Shown here: piece after piece, positions 52,572 through 61,105 of the stretch
Position numbering within the stretch: the stretch's first letter is position 1
Layout of the letters: each line of letters begins with the position of its first letter
From: Candidatus Falkowbacteria bacterium
GTDB lineage: Bacteria; Patescibacteriota; Patescibacteriia; Patescibacteriales; UBA12465
Direction of reading: 5' to 3'
Assembly: GCA_026396875.1 (NCBI GenBank)
Contig: JAPLVY010000004.1
Location: 10,828 to 74,827 of the forward strand
DNA length: 64,000 nucleotides
Position numbers and translations under genes: made by a program
Notes under the pieces: generated by a model
Told to the model about the DNA's origin: nothing
The model's input: only the letters and a program-made list of their open reading frames with translations
Database searches by the model: none

Positions 52572-53738
52572 TTATTTACCCAGAAAGACTGGCTTAATAT
52601 TTTTAGCGCTAATTAATCTAAGCATTTTTTTGATTAAATTTCGGCTGATGTCACGACCGCCAAGTCCGGCAACAAAATTATTAATAATAATTTTTTTGTC
52701 TCTAATGCCACTGCTTATTTCTAGGTATAAAGGAGAAAAAGTTCCGTTACCGCTAGCTTTTTCTAAAATTGCTACCTGTTTCACGTCTTTTAAAATAGTG
52801 GCAATCTCTTGATGCGGGAAAGGGCGAAAGCATTTTATTTTCAAGACTCCGACATTTTGATATTTTTTGTCTTTCAGGGTTTCCTTGATGGTTCCGATTA
52901 CCGAACCCATTGCAATAATAATTGTTTTTGGTTTCTTTGGCCCGCAATACTCCAAGAAGCCGTTATCGATCAGGGCGTTAGATTTCTCGCGGGCGAATAT
53001 TTTTTGGAAATTTTTATATTCGGTGTTAATGTCTTTGGCGCTAGCCAACAAGTTTTCGTGTAGTTTTTCTCTGGCTTCAAAATAAAATTCTGGACCATAA
53101 AATTCCCCAAGAGAACTCGGATGTTTGGGGTCGAGAGCTTCTCCGATTCTTATTGGGCGGGCAGGGAGGAATTTTTTGATTAGTGTCGGCTCCGGAATAA
53201 TCACCGGTTCGAATAAATGGGTTAGAATAAAACCATCAACATTAACCATTGCTGGGAGACGGTATTTTTCGGCAATTTTATAAGCCAAAATATGTTGGTC
53301 AACTGCTTCCTGATGATTTTCAGCAAAAAACTGCAGCCAGCCAGCGTCGCGCACGGTCATGGTGTCGCTGTGATCATTCCAAATATTGATTGGCGCAGAA
53401 ACTGCTCGGTTAGCGTCAGTCATGACTACTGGCAAGCGCAAGCCGGAAATACAGTATACTACTTCATTCATCAACAATAGTCCCTGACCGCTAGTGGCGC
53501 TATAAGTTCTGGCTCCAGTGGCGCTTGCGCCCATGACTATTGAGGCGGCAGAGAACTCACTTTCGGCCCGAACATATTCAAAACTAGCCTTCCCTGAGGC
53601 GTGTAAATTAGCCAAGTCCTCCACGATGTGAGTCTGTGGTGTTATTGGATAGGCGCTTACTACTTGAGGTTGAATGTTGGCGATTACCATGGCAATCGCT
53701 CGTGAACCTTCAAGAAATTGTTTTTTTTGTTTTTGCAT
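52572..53738 (-). CDS. porA: 2-oxoacid:ferredoxin oxidoreductase alpha subunit
   Basis: 388 aa. GSRAIAMVIANIQPQVVSAYPITPQT and a transketolase-like pyrimidine-binding domain are typical of PorA. Confidence 0.85.
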   Translation of the reverse strand: MQKQKKQFLEGSRAIAMVIANIQPQVVSAYPITPQTHIVEDLANLHASGKASFEYVRAESEFSAASIVMGASATGARTYSATSGQGLLLMNEVVYCISGLRLPVVMTDANRAVSAPINIWNDHSDTMTVRDAGWLQFFAENHQEAVDQHILAYKIAEKYRLPAMVNVDGFILTHLFEPVIIPEPTLIKKFLPARPIRIGEALDPKHPSSLGEFYGPEFYFEAREKLHENLLASAKDINTEYKNFQKIFAREKSNALIDNGFLEYCGPKKPKTIIIAMGSVIGTIKETLKDKKYQNVGVLKIKCFRPFPHQEIATILKDVKQVAILEKASGNGTFSPLYLEISSGIRDKKIIINNFVAGLGGRDISRNLIKKMLRLISAKNIKPVFLGK

Positions 53739-53742
53739 ATAT

Positions 53743-53994
53743 TCAAAAATCTTTTTTCATTTCTATTGCTTTTACTGGGCATTCGCGAACACAAAGCGCG
53801 CAGCCTTTGCAATAATCATAATCGATGACTGCTAGTCTTTCTTTCATTTCGATACAGGCTTCTGGGCAGATTTTGGCGCACAAAGAACAACCAATGCATT
53901 TTTTGGGATCGATTTCTGGGCGATGAGTTCGCCAATTTCCGGTTTTATTGCTTAGAGAGTTATTTTTGGTAATCATATGCTTCGCGGACAGCAA
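53743..53994 (-). CDS. porD: 2-oxoacid:ferredoxin oxidoreductase delta subunit (2x[4Fe-4S] ferredoxin)
   Basis: CIGCSLCAKICP and CKGCALCVRECP cluster motifs are present. The start may be the internal Met (MITKNN). Confidence 0.85.
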   Translation of the reverse strand: MLSAKHMITKNNSLSNKTGNWRTHRPEIDPKKCIGCSLCAKICPEACIEMKERLAVIDYDYCKGCALCVRECPVKAIEMKKDF

Positions 53995-54532
53995 TTAAAT
54001 TTTTGTTAATAATTTCTTTGCCTTTTTCTTGAAATTTCTCTGAAATTGCCAGTTCTAAATTTTTCAAGGGGAACAATTTGCTCGCCTTAATAAAAGTTCC
54101 AAGAATCACGGTATTCACTATATTTCTACCAATAATTCTCAAGGCAATCTCCGTTGCTGGTGCGCAGTGAATATTTTTTTCGTTTATTTTTATGCCAGTT
54201 TCTTTTTTGATTAGCAAGGATATTTCTTTAGGGGAATTTTCGCTGTTTACTATCACTAGGGTTCTTTCAGAAATGCCGGAGAAAATATGAGCTTGTCCTA
54301 AAAGAGTGTGGTCTTGGATAATTAAGAAGTCAGGATGGTATACCTGATCTCTCGTGATAATTGCTTTATTTGAAAGACGAGCAAAGGCCGAGATTGGGGC
54401 TCCACTTCTCTCAACGCCAAAAAGTGGAAAGGCCTGAGCCTCCAGACCAGCAAAAAATCCGGCAGCGGCGATTAGCTCAGCTCCGGTGACCACTCCTTGG
54501 CCGCCTCTTCCGTGGATTCTTACTTCTTGCAT
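53960..54532 (-). CDS. porG: 2-oxoacid:ferredoxin oxidoreductase gamma subunit
   Basis: MQEVRIHGRGGQGVVTGAELIA is the PorG N-terminus. I prefer the ATG at 54532 to the track start at 54589, which overlaps the dsbA-like gene. Confidence 0.85.
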   Translation of the reverse strand: MQEVRIHGRGGQGVVTGAELIAAAGFFAGLEAQAFPLFGVERSGAPISAFARLSNKAIITRDQVYHPDFLIIQDHTLLGQAHIFSGISERTLVIVNSENSPKEISLLIKKETGIKINEKNIHCAPATEIALRIIGRNIVNTVILGTFIKASKLFPLKNLELAISEKFQEKGKEIINKNLIAVREAYDYQK

Positions 54533-54533
54533 A

Positions 54534-55334
54534 TTAGTTTGCACTAGTGGAGCTTGCGGCGGGAGAAGCAGTTTCAACCCCAGGTCCATTTTTGATTAAT
54601 TCTTGAATCATACTTTCCAGTTCTTCCTGACTAATCAAGCCGTCTACTTTATAGTTATTGACGAACCAGGTGGGAGAACCAGTTATTTGCAGGGTATTGG
54701 CAACTTCCATGTCAGAGCTAAGTACCCCCAAATATTTTTTACTTGTCAGGCACGTAGAAAATATTTTTTCATCGGCGCCCAAACTAGCAGCGATTTTTGG
54801 CAAATCGCCATTATTGATTTTTCCCTGAAGATCAAAGAGACGGTCATGCATTGGCCAGAACAAGCTACCGCCCTTGTTCTGCTGTTCTCCCGCGCAAAGA
54901 GCAGCTAAAGCTAACTCTTCAGAGTCGGTGTGCAGAATCAAGTTGCGGAAAATCATTTTCACCTGGTTGCCATATTTACTCATAATTGCTTTGATTGCTG
55001 GTTGATTTTCTTTGCAGTAGGGGCAGGCAAAATCAGAAAATTGTACAATTATAATATCTGCCTTTGGATTGCCAAGATAAGGACGGTTTTCTCCCTCAAC
55101 TAAAAGTTTTATTAAATCTGGTCTTTTGCCGGAATAAAGAGCAGCACGATCAGCATTGATTCTGGTGACGCTTTGATAAACATAAATACCAGCCATAGTG
55201 ACTAGAGAGATCGTTAAAGCCAGAATAATCAAAATCATTATTCCCCACCACTTTTTATACCAAGGAATCAGCTTATTTTTGTGGCGTTCTTTCATGCCAG
55301 CCATTCTAATACGGTCTTGTAATTCGTTATCCAT
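54534..55334 (-). CDS. membrane-anchored DsbA/thioredoxin-fold thiol:disulfide oxidoreductase
   Basis: One TM helix (WWGIMILIILALTISLVTMAGIYVY) is followed by FSDFACPYCKE (CxxC active site) in a DsbA-like fold. Confidence 0.8.
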   Translation of the reverse strand: MDNELQDRIRMAGMKERHKNKLIPWYKKWWGIMILIILALTISLVTMAGIYVYQSVTRINADRAALYSGKRPDLIKLLVEGENRPYLGNPKADIIIVQFSDFACPYCKENQPAIKAIMSKYGNQVKMIFRNLILHTDSEELALAALCAGEQQNKGGSLFWPMHDRLFDLQGKINNGDLPKIAASLGADEKIFSTCLTSKKYLGVLSSDMEVANTLQITGSPTWFVNNYKVDGLISQEELESMIQELIKNGPGVETASPAASSTSAN

Positions 55335-55403
55335 ATGAATTAAAATTGATTGAAAAAATGCTTAATTTTTAGTATCATTATTATATCACAAAACTACTCT
55401 CTT

Positions 55404-56183
55404 ATGAAAATTATTTCTTGGAACATAAACGGTATTCGTGCCGTGCTAAAAAAAGGATTTACAGACTTTATTCGGGACGCCTCTCCCGATATTTTGTGCT
55501 TACAAGAAATCAAGATTTCTCGCAGTACCCAGGAGGAGTCAATTTTTGATTTTGCTGGCTACAGGGAATATTGGAATAGTGCGGTTCGTCCTGGTTATAG
55601 CGGCACTGCTGTTTTAATCCATGAAGATTTCGCCATTCCTATTAGCATCAGAAACGGCTTTGGTGAAAAAAAGTTTGACGACGAGGGAAGGACCCAGATT
55701 CTTGAGTTTGCTGATTTTTATCTGGTTAATTGTTATTTTCCCAATGCCAATCATGAGCTTTCTAGACTCGACTATAAAATGGCATACAATGATTATCTGC
55801 AGAAAAATCTAAAAAAACTAGAAAAAACCAAAGCAGTGGTTATTTGTGGTGATTTCAATGTTGCTCACCAAGAGATTGATTTGGCGAGACCAAAAGAAAA
55901 TGTTGGTAATCCTGGATTTACTGCTGAAGAACGCTCTTGGATGGATGCTTTTGTGGCCGCCGGCTTTATTGACTCATTCCGCCTCCTTAATAATGACAAA
56001 ATTCAATATTCTTGGTGGAGTTATCGAGCTTTGGCGAGAGTGAGAAATGTGGGTTGGCGGATTGACTATTTTTGTGTTTCAGCTAAAATTAAACAATATA
56101 TCAAAAAAGCTTTCATTTCTGACCAAGTTCTTGGATCAGATCACGCTCCTGTAGGAATTGAAACGGAGGGTCTAAAAGCTTAA
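55404..56183 (+). CDS. xth: exodeoxyribonuclease III (AP endonuclease)
   Basis: MKIISWNINGIRAV, LCLQEIK, GDFNVAH and SDHAPV are present. I prefer the ATG at 55404. Confidence 0.9.
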   Translation: MKIISWNINGIRAVLKKGFTDFIRDASPDILCLQEIKISRSTQEESIFDFAGYREYWNSAVRPGYSGTAVLIHEDFAIPISIRNGFGEKKFDDEGRTQILEFADFYLVNCYFPNANHELSRLDYKMAYNDYLQKNLKKLEKTKAVVICGDFNVAHQEIDLARPKENVGNPGFTAEERSWMDAFVAAGFIDSFRLLNNDKIQYSWWSYRALARVRNVGWRIDYFCVSAKIKQYIKKAFISDQVLGSDHAPVGIETEGLKA

Positions 56184-56195
56184 TTCCATAAGTTT

Positions 56196-58697
56196 ATGTA
56201 TGATCATAGCCAAATAGAAAAGAAATGGCAGGGAAAATGGCGAGCCGATAAGGCCAATCTCACCGAAGAAAACCCAGCCAAAGAAAAGAAATATGTCCTT
56301 GACATGTTTCCTTATCCATCAGGAGCTGGTCTTCATGCTGGCCATGTCGAGTCTTATACCGCTACTGATATTTATGCGCGTTATCTGAGAGCAAAGGGTT
56401 TTTCTGTGCTGCACCCTCAGGGTTTTGATGCCTTCGGGTTGCCGGCGGAAAATTATGCTATTCGCACTGGTATTCACCCGCAGCAGACTACTGCAGAGGC
56501 AATCAAAAACTTCATTGCTCAGATGGACTCTCTTGGTCTTTCTTATGACTGGGAAAGAAGTATTAATACCTCTGACCCAGAATATTACAAATTTACTCAA
56601 TGGATCTTCCTCTTATTATATAAGAATGGTTTAGCCTACAAAAAAGAAGCGAAAGTCAATTGGTGTCGTAGCTGCCAGACGGTGCTTGCTAACGAACAGG
56701 CAGAAAACGGGGTTTGCGAGCGTTGCGGCAGCAGTGTTATTCAAAAGGATCTTTCGCAGTGGTTTTTTAAGATTACTGATTTTGTGGAAGACTTTGAAGT
56801 TTCCGGACAAAAAATTCCCGGTCTTTTGCGAGGCTTGGATGACTTGGATTGGCCAAGTTCGACCAAGGCGGCGCAAAAAAACTGGATTGGTCGCAGCGAA
56901 GGGGCAGAGATTGAATTTCCAATTCGCCTAGCTGGAGAAGATCAGCCGCAAAAAATAAAAGTTTTTACCACCCGACTGGACACAATTTTTGGTTGTACCT
57001 ACGTGGTTTTAGCGCCAGAACACCCTTTGATTCCTGAATTTTCCGGAAGCATCAAAAATTTTCAAATCGTTGAGTCATATCTAAACGAAGTAAAGCGCAA
57101 AACCGACCTTGAGCGCACCGACCTCAATAAAGACAAGACTGGCGTTCCTCTCTCTGGCTTGGAGGCGATCAATCCCTTCACCGGCGAGGCGGTTCAGGTT
57201 TTTGTGGCAGATTATGTTCTGGGCTCTTACGGCACCGGCGCGGTCATGGCTGTCCCTGCGCACGATGAACGTGATTTCGAGTTTGCCAAAAAATATCGTT
57301 TATCCGTCAAAAAATCAGTGAAGCCACTGGTAAGAGAAATTGATGATTCTGACGACTTTGAGGAAGCGGAAGAAAATTTTAGCCAGGTATTTACTGAAGA
57401 TGGTGAGCTTGTTGATTCTGGAAAATTTACTGGTCTTCAATCCGTTGAAGCACGCGAGCGAATGGCTAATTGGCTGACGGAAAATAATTTTGGTCGCCGG
57501 ATGATTAATTATCGTTTGCGTGATTGGGGTGTCTCGCGCCAGAGATATTGGGGTGCGCCAATTCCGATAATTTATTGTGATTATTGCGGCGAGGTCCCGG
57601 TGCCAGAAAGCGATTTACCAGTAGTGCTTCCCGACGATGTTGATTTTCGCCCGACCGGCGAATCTCCTTTGAGATATTCACAGAAATTTAACAAAGTGCT
57701 TTGCCCGAAATGTGGCAAACCAGCTCATCGTGAGCATGATACCATGGATACTTTTGTTTGTTCCTCTTGGTATTATTTGCGTTATGCTGATCCGACGAAT
57801 AAGGATCTCTTTGCCTCTCCGGAAAAATTGCAGCGTTGGTTGCCGGTGGACTTATATTTGGGTGGCGCTGAACACACAGTATTGCATCTTCTTTATTCTC
57901 GATTTTTTACTAAAGTATTGAGAAAATACGGCCACTTGAATTTTAATGAACCATTTTTAAAGTTGCGCCATCAGGGAACAATTCTTGGAGAAGATGGCAA
58001 TAAAATGTCCAAGTCAAAAGGTAATGTCGTTAATCCTGATGAGTTGATTAAGAGTAGCGGAGCCGATGCTTTGCGCTTATATGAAATGTTTCTTGGTCCC
58101 CTTGAAGACATGAAGCCCTGGAATAGCCAGGGGATAATCGGGGTTCGTCGTTTTTTGGAAAAAGTTTATACCCTCGCTTTCGACGTTCCACGCCAAGACG
58201 ACAAACAAGTACTTTCTTTGTTGCATAAAACTATTAGAAAAGTCGGTCAGGACATTGAGGAGTTTAAATTCAATACCGCAATTTCAGCAATGATGATCTT
58301 GGTTAACGAGATCAGCGATTATCGCCAAAAGAATAAAACTTGGCCCTTGTCACTTGAAAATACTGAAAACTTTCTGAAAATTTTTGCCCCCTTTGCGCCG
58401 CATTTAGCGGAGGAATTATGGGAATATCTTGGCAATCAAAAAAGTATTTTTCTTAGTCCTTGGCCACAGTTTGACGAAAGTTTATTGATTTCTGAAAGCG
58501 TTAATCTGGCCGTGCAAATCAATGGCAAGCTGCGCGCGACTATCAACCTTGATCCGAAGTTATCTGAGGCCGAGGTTCTATCCCTGATTAAAGAAGATGA
58601 GAATGTAAAAAAGTGGCTTTTGGATGCAGAAATTGTTAAAACCATTTTTGTTCCCGGACGCTTGGTTAATTTGGTGCTTAAAAATGTGGGGAAATAA
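56196..58697 (+). CDS. leuS: leucyl-tRNA synthetase
   Basis: PYPSGAGLHAGHVESY (HIGH), KMSKSKGN (KMSKS) and a CP1 editing domain are present. The protein is 833 aa. Confidence 0.95.
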   Translation: MYDHSQIEKKWQGKWRADKANLTEENPAKEKKYVLDMFPYPSGAGLHAGHVESYTATDIYARYLRAKGFSVLHPQGFDAFGLPAENYAIRTGIHPQQTTAEAIKNFIAQMDSLGLSYDWERSINTSDPEYYKFTQWIFLLLYKNGLAYKKEAKVNWCRSCQTVLANEQAENGVCERCGSSVIQKDLSQWFFKITDFVEDFEVSGQKIPGLLRGLDDLDWPSSTKAAQKNWIGRSEGAEIEFPIRLAGEDQPQKIKVFTTRLDTIFGCTYVVLAPEHPLIPEFSGSIKNFQIVESYLNEVKRKTDLERTDLNKDKTGVPLSGLEAINPFTGEAVQVFVADYVLGSYGTGAVMAVPAHDERDFEFAKKYRLSVKKSVKPLVREIDDSDDFEEAEENFSQVFTEDGELVDSGKFTGLQSVEARERMANWLTENNFGRRMINYRLRDWGVSRQRYWGAPIPIIYCDYCGEVPVPESDLPVVLPDDVDFRPTGESPLRYSQKFNKVLCPKCGKPAHREHDTMDTFVCSSWYYLRYADPTNKDLFASPEKLQRWLPVDLYLGGAEHTVLHLLYSRFFTKVLRKYGHLNFNEPFLKLRHQGTILGEDGNKMSKSKGNVVNPDELIKSSGADALRLYEMFLGPLEDMKPWNSQGIIGVRRFLEKVYTLAFDVPRQDDKQVLSLLHKTIRKVGQDIEEFKFNTAISAMMILVNEISDYRQKNKTWPLSLENTENFLKIFAPFAPHLAEELWEYLGNQKSIFLSPWPQFDESLLISESVNLAVQINGKLRATINLDPKLSEAEVLSLIKEDENVKKWLLDAEIVKTIFVPGRLVNLVLKNVGK

Positions 58698-58706
58698 AAG
58701 CTTTTT

Positions 58707-59666
58707 GTGAGCGCTTTAATGAATAAAGGAAGTAGAAATATCGAGTTTGACATTGCTCGCGGGGTGGCGATATTTTTGATGATTTTCCAGCATGTTTGGC
58801 TAATTATTTTTAGCGGTTTAGTAAAAAATAAAATTTTTGAAAACATTGCTTTTTTCTCCGGCACGGTTTTAGTGGCTCCAGTATTCCTATTTTTAATGGG
58901 AGCAAGCCTCACCTATTCTCGGAGAAATAGTGCGTGTGATCTTTGCCGTAGAGGGTTTCAGCTAATCATTTTGGGTTACGCTTTATCAGCGCTAAGATTT
59001 TTCCTGCCATTGTTGCTCTGTAGGTATCTAGGATTAATCACTAATCCAGAAGATGTAATTTATAAATTTCCACTAATCAATTATTTGTTAGAGGTTGATA
59101 TTTTACAGGTGGCTGGTCTGAGCTTGCTGGGCATTGCTTTCTTGAAGTGGCGCCAGATCAAGATGAGTAATTATTTGATAATCGCTTTTGTTGTTGCTTT
59201 AGTCTCTCCTGTATTGAGTCAAATTAATCTTTCCAGCTCTGTTTTTTTCTACCTCTTGTCTCCCTTTTTTGGGGCGGATAGATATGTCGTTTTCCCATTT
59301 TTCCCCTGGTTCGTTTATTCTTTGGTGGGTTTTTATTTTGGAAGTCTATTGAAATCGACAGAAAATGTCCGCGAGTTCTATTCTAGCCTGGGAGTAAAAA
59401 TGGTCCCACTAATCCTTCTCGGATCTTTCTTCTTGTTTATTGGCTATGATTTTCAGGAACTATCTTATACTCATCATGGCATCGGCCCGAGTTTGTTATT
59501 CATTGTTGCAGTAATTTATTGGTTGGGTATTATCCATTTTAATTATCACAGATTATCACCCAAGATTATTTCCACCCTTACTCTCTGGAGTAAATATGTC
59601 ACCCCTATTTATGTGGTTCAGTGGCTGTTGATCGCCTGGACCGCGATATTGATTAATATAAAATAA
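58707..59666 (+). CDS. multi-pass membrane protein, DUF1624/acyltransferase-like
   Basis: RNIEFDIARGVAIFLMIFQHVW resembles the heparan-alpha-glucosaminide N-acetyltransferase-like (DUF1624) N-terminus. There are about nine TM helices. The start could be the ATG at 58719. Confidence 0.45.
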   Translation: MSALMNKGSRNIEFDIARGVAIFLMIFQHVWLIIFSGLVKNKIFENIAFFSGTVLVAPVFLFLMGASLTYSRRNSACDLCRRGFQLIILGYALSALRFFLPLLLCRYLGLITNPEDVIYKFPLINYLLEVDILQVAGLSLLGIAFLKWRQIKMSNYLIIAFVVALVSPVLSQINLSSSVFFYLLSPFFGADRYVVFPFFPWFVYSLVGFYFGSLLKSTENVREFYSSLGVKMVPLILLGSFFLFIGYDFQELSYTHHGIGPSLLFIVAVIYWLGIIHFNYHRLSPKIISTLTLWSKYVTPIYVVQWLLIAWTAILINIK

Positions 59667-59670
59667 AAAT

Positions 59671-60510
59671 ATGGATCTTTTGAAGCAAATGAAAGAAATT
59701 TGTCGAATTTATGAAATTAAGCCCCAAAGATCTAAGGGACAAAATTTTCTAGTTACCGAAAGCATTTACGACAAGATTGTTGCTAGCGCGGAAATTAGTG
59801 CAAAGGACACGATTGTGGAGGTCGGCCCTGGTCTTGGTTTTCTGACTGCTAAATTGGCAAAAAAAGCAAAGAAAGTAATCGCTGTTGAGCTTGATGATCG
59901 TTTGGCGGAAGTCTTAAAAATTGCCATCGATTCTCAGGGGGTAGAAAATGTGGAGATTGTGAATCAAGATATTCTCAAATTTAATCCTTCTGGTCTTGGT
60001 TCTTATAAAATTGTTGCCAACATTCCGTACAACATCAGTTCTATTTTGCTAAGAACTTTTTTGGGAGCAGAAAATAAGCCAGAAATCATGGTGTTGATGC
60101 TTCAAAAAGAGGTTGCTGAAAGAATCACTGCTAAGGCGCCAGATATGAGCATGCTTGCCTTATCGGTTCAATTTTATGGCGATGCCAAGATTGTCAAAGA
60201 TGTGAAGGCTGGAAATTTCTGGCCAGAGCCGAAAGTTGATAGCGCGGTGATTAAGATTGTCATTAATAACAATAAGTATTCACGCGACGACCAGAAACTA
60301 TTTTTTCGTTTGGCGAAAATCGGCTTCGCGGCCAAGCGAAAGATGCTTAAAAATAACATTTGCGGTGGGCTAAAGCTAAAGGGCGAAGCAACAAAAAAAA
60401 TCGATGACATATTTACCAAGCTCAGTTTTGATTTAAAGGTGCGCGCCGAAGATTTGAGTCTGGAAAACTGGCAAAATTTATTTGCTGAACTAAAAGATAT
60501 TATGGTATAA
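59671..60510 (+). CDS. rsmA: 16S rRNA (adenine1518/1519-N6)-dimethyltransferase
   Basis: PQRSKGQNFLV, VEVGPGLGFLT (SAM motif I) and NIPYNISS are present. Confidence 0.9.
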   Translation: MDLLKQMKEICRIYEIKPQRSKGQNFLVTESIYDKIVASAEISAKDTIVEVGPGLGFLTAKLAKKAKKVIAVELDDRLAEVLKIAIDSQGVENVEIVNQDILKFNPSGLGSYKIVANIPYNISSILLRTFLGAENKPEIMVLMLQKEVAERITAKAPDMSMLALSVQFYGDAKIVKDVKAGNFWPEPKVDSAVIKIVINNNKYSRDDQKLFFRLAKIGFAAKRKMLKNNICGGLKLKGEATKKIDDIFTKLSFDLKVRAEDLSLENWQNLFAELKDIMV

Positions 60511-60543
60511 TTGAAGCAAATAATTTTTCTTCATTTATTACTT

Positions 60544-61083
60544 ATGCGAGAATTTGATAAAAACCAAAAAGTCGCCATTATTGCTTTGGGTTGTGTGGCG
60601 ATTTTTGTATTTTTTGGCGCATTTTGGCAACTGCATAATCGTTTGGTGTCGCCATTTAATACCGGCACCGCTGAAAAAAATAAAAAAATATCTTTTGGTT
60701 GCCAGGGGGGTAACTGTCAGAATGATATTTCCGCTCTCATGACTCGTCAGGATATTGCCACTGCCAGCGGTACGCCAATAGCTAGTGGTAATTTAGATGT
60801 CCCTGACCGCCTAAAAGCTTCCGCCGCTAGTTCTTCTTTGAGTTTAAGTTTGGGTTCCAGTACTGATCCAGTTCAGGAGGCAGAGTTGCAAAATCTTTTG
60901 AGTGGTCAGGGTAGCGCTGCTTCTATTCGTGCCCTAATGCTCCAGAGTGGCGCCGATGCTAATATGTTAAAGCAAGTCAGTGATGCTGACCTGATTCAAA
61001 TCTATCAAGAATCTTTGAACCAAGATAGCGCTAGTGCCACCACCGCAGGAGCAAGCATCGTTAGCACATCTACGCCAAAATAA
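60544..61083 (+). CDS. hypothetical membrane-anchored Ser/Ala-rich protein
   Basis: One TM helix (VAIIALGCVAIFVFFGAFW) is followed by a low-complexity S/A/G-rich region. I prefer the ATG at 60544 to the TTG at 60511. Confidence 0.45.
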   Translation: MREFDKNQKVAIIALGCVAIFVFFGAFWQLHNRLVSPFNTGTAEKNKKISFGCQGGNCQNDISALMTRQDIATASGTPIASGNLDVPDRLKASAASSSLSLSLGSSTDPVQEAELQNLLSGQGSAASIRALMLQSGADANMLKQVSDADLIQIYQESLNQDSASATTAGASIVSTSTPK

Positions 61084-61105
61084 TTTTTTACTTTTTTATA
61101 ATATT

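Noticed and set aside
54533-54589. Extended porG start at 54589 (track), and similar upstream starts for glgA (23190), murE (32263), murJ (41419), xth (55350), E1 (14582)
   Set aside because: The extensions overlap upstream genes or add non-conserved residues before canonical N-termini. In-frame ATGs at 54532, 23220, 32332, 41437, 55404 and 14606 give the conserved N-termini.
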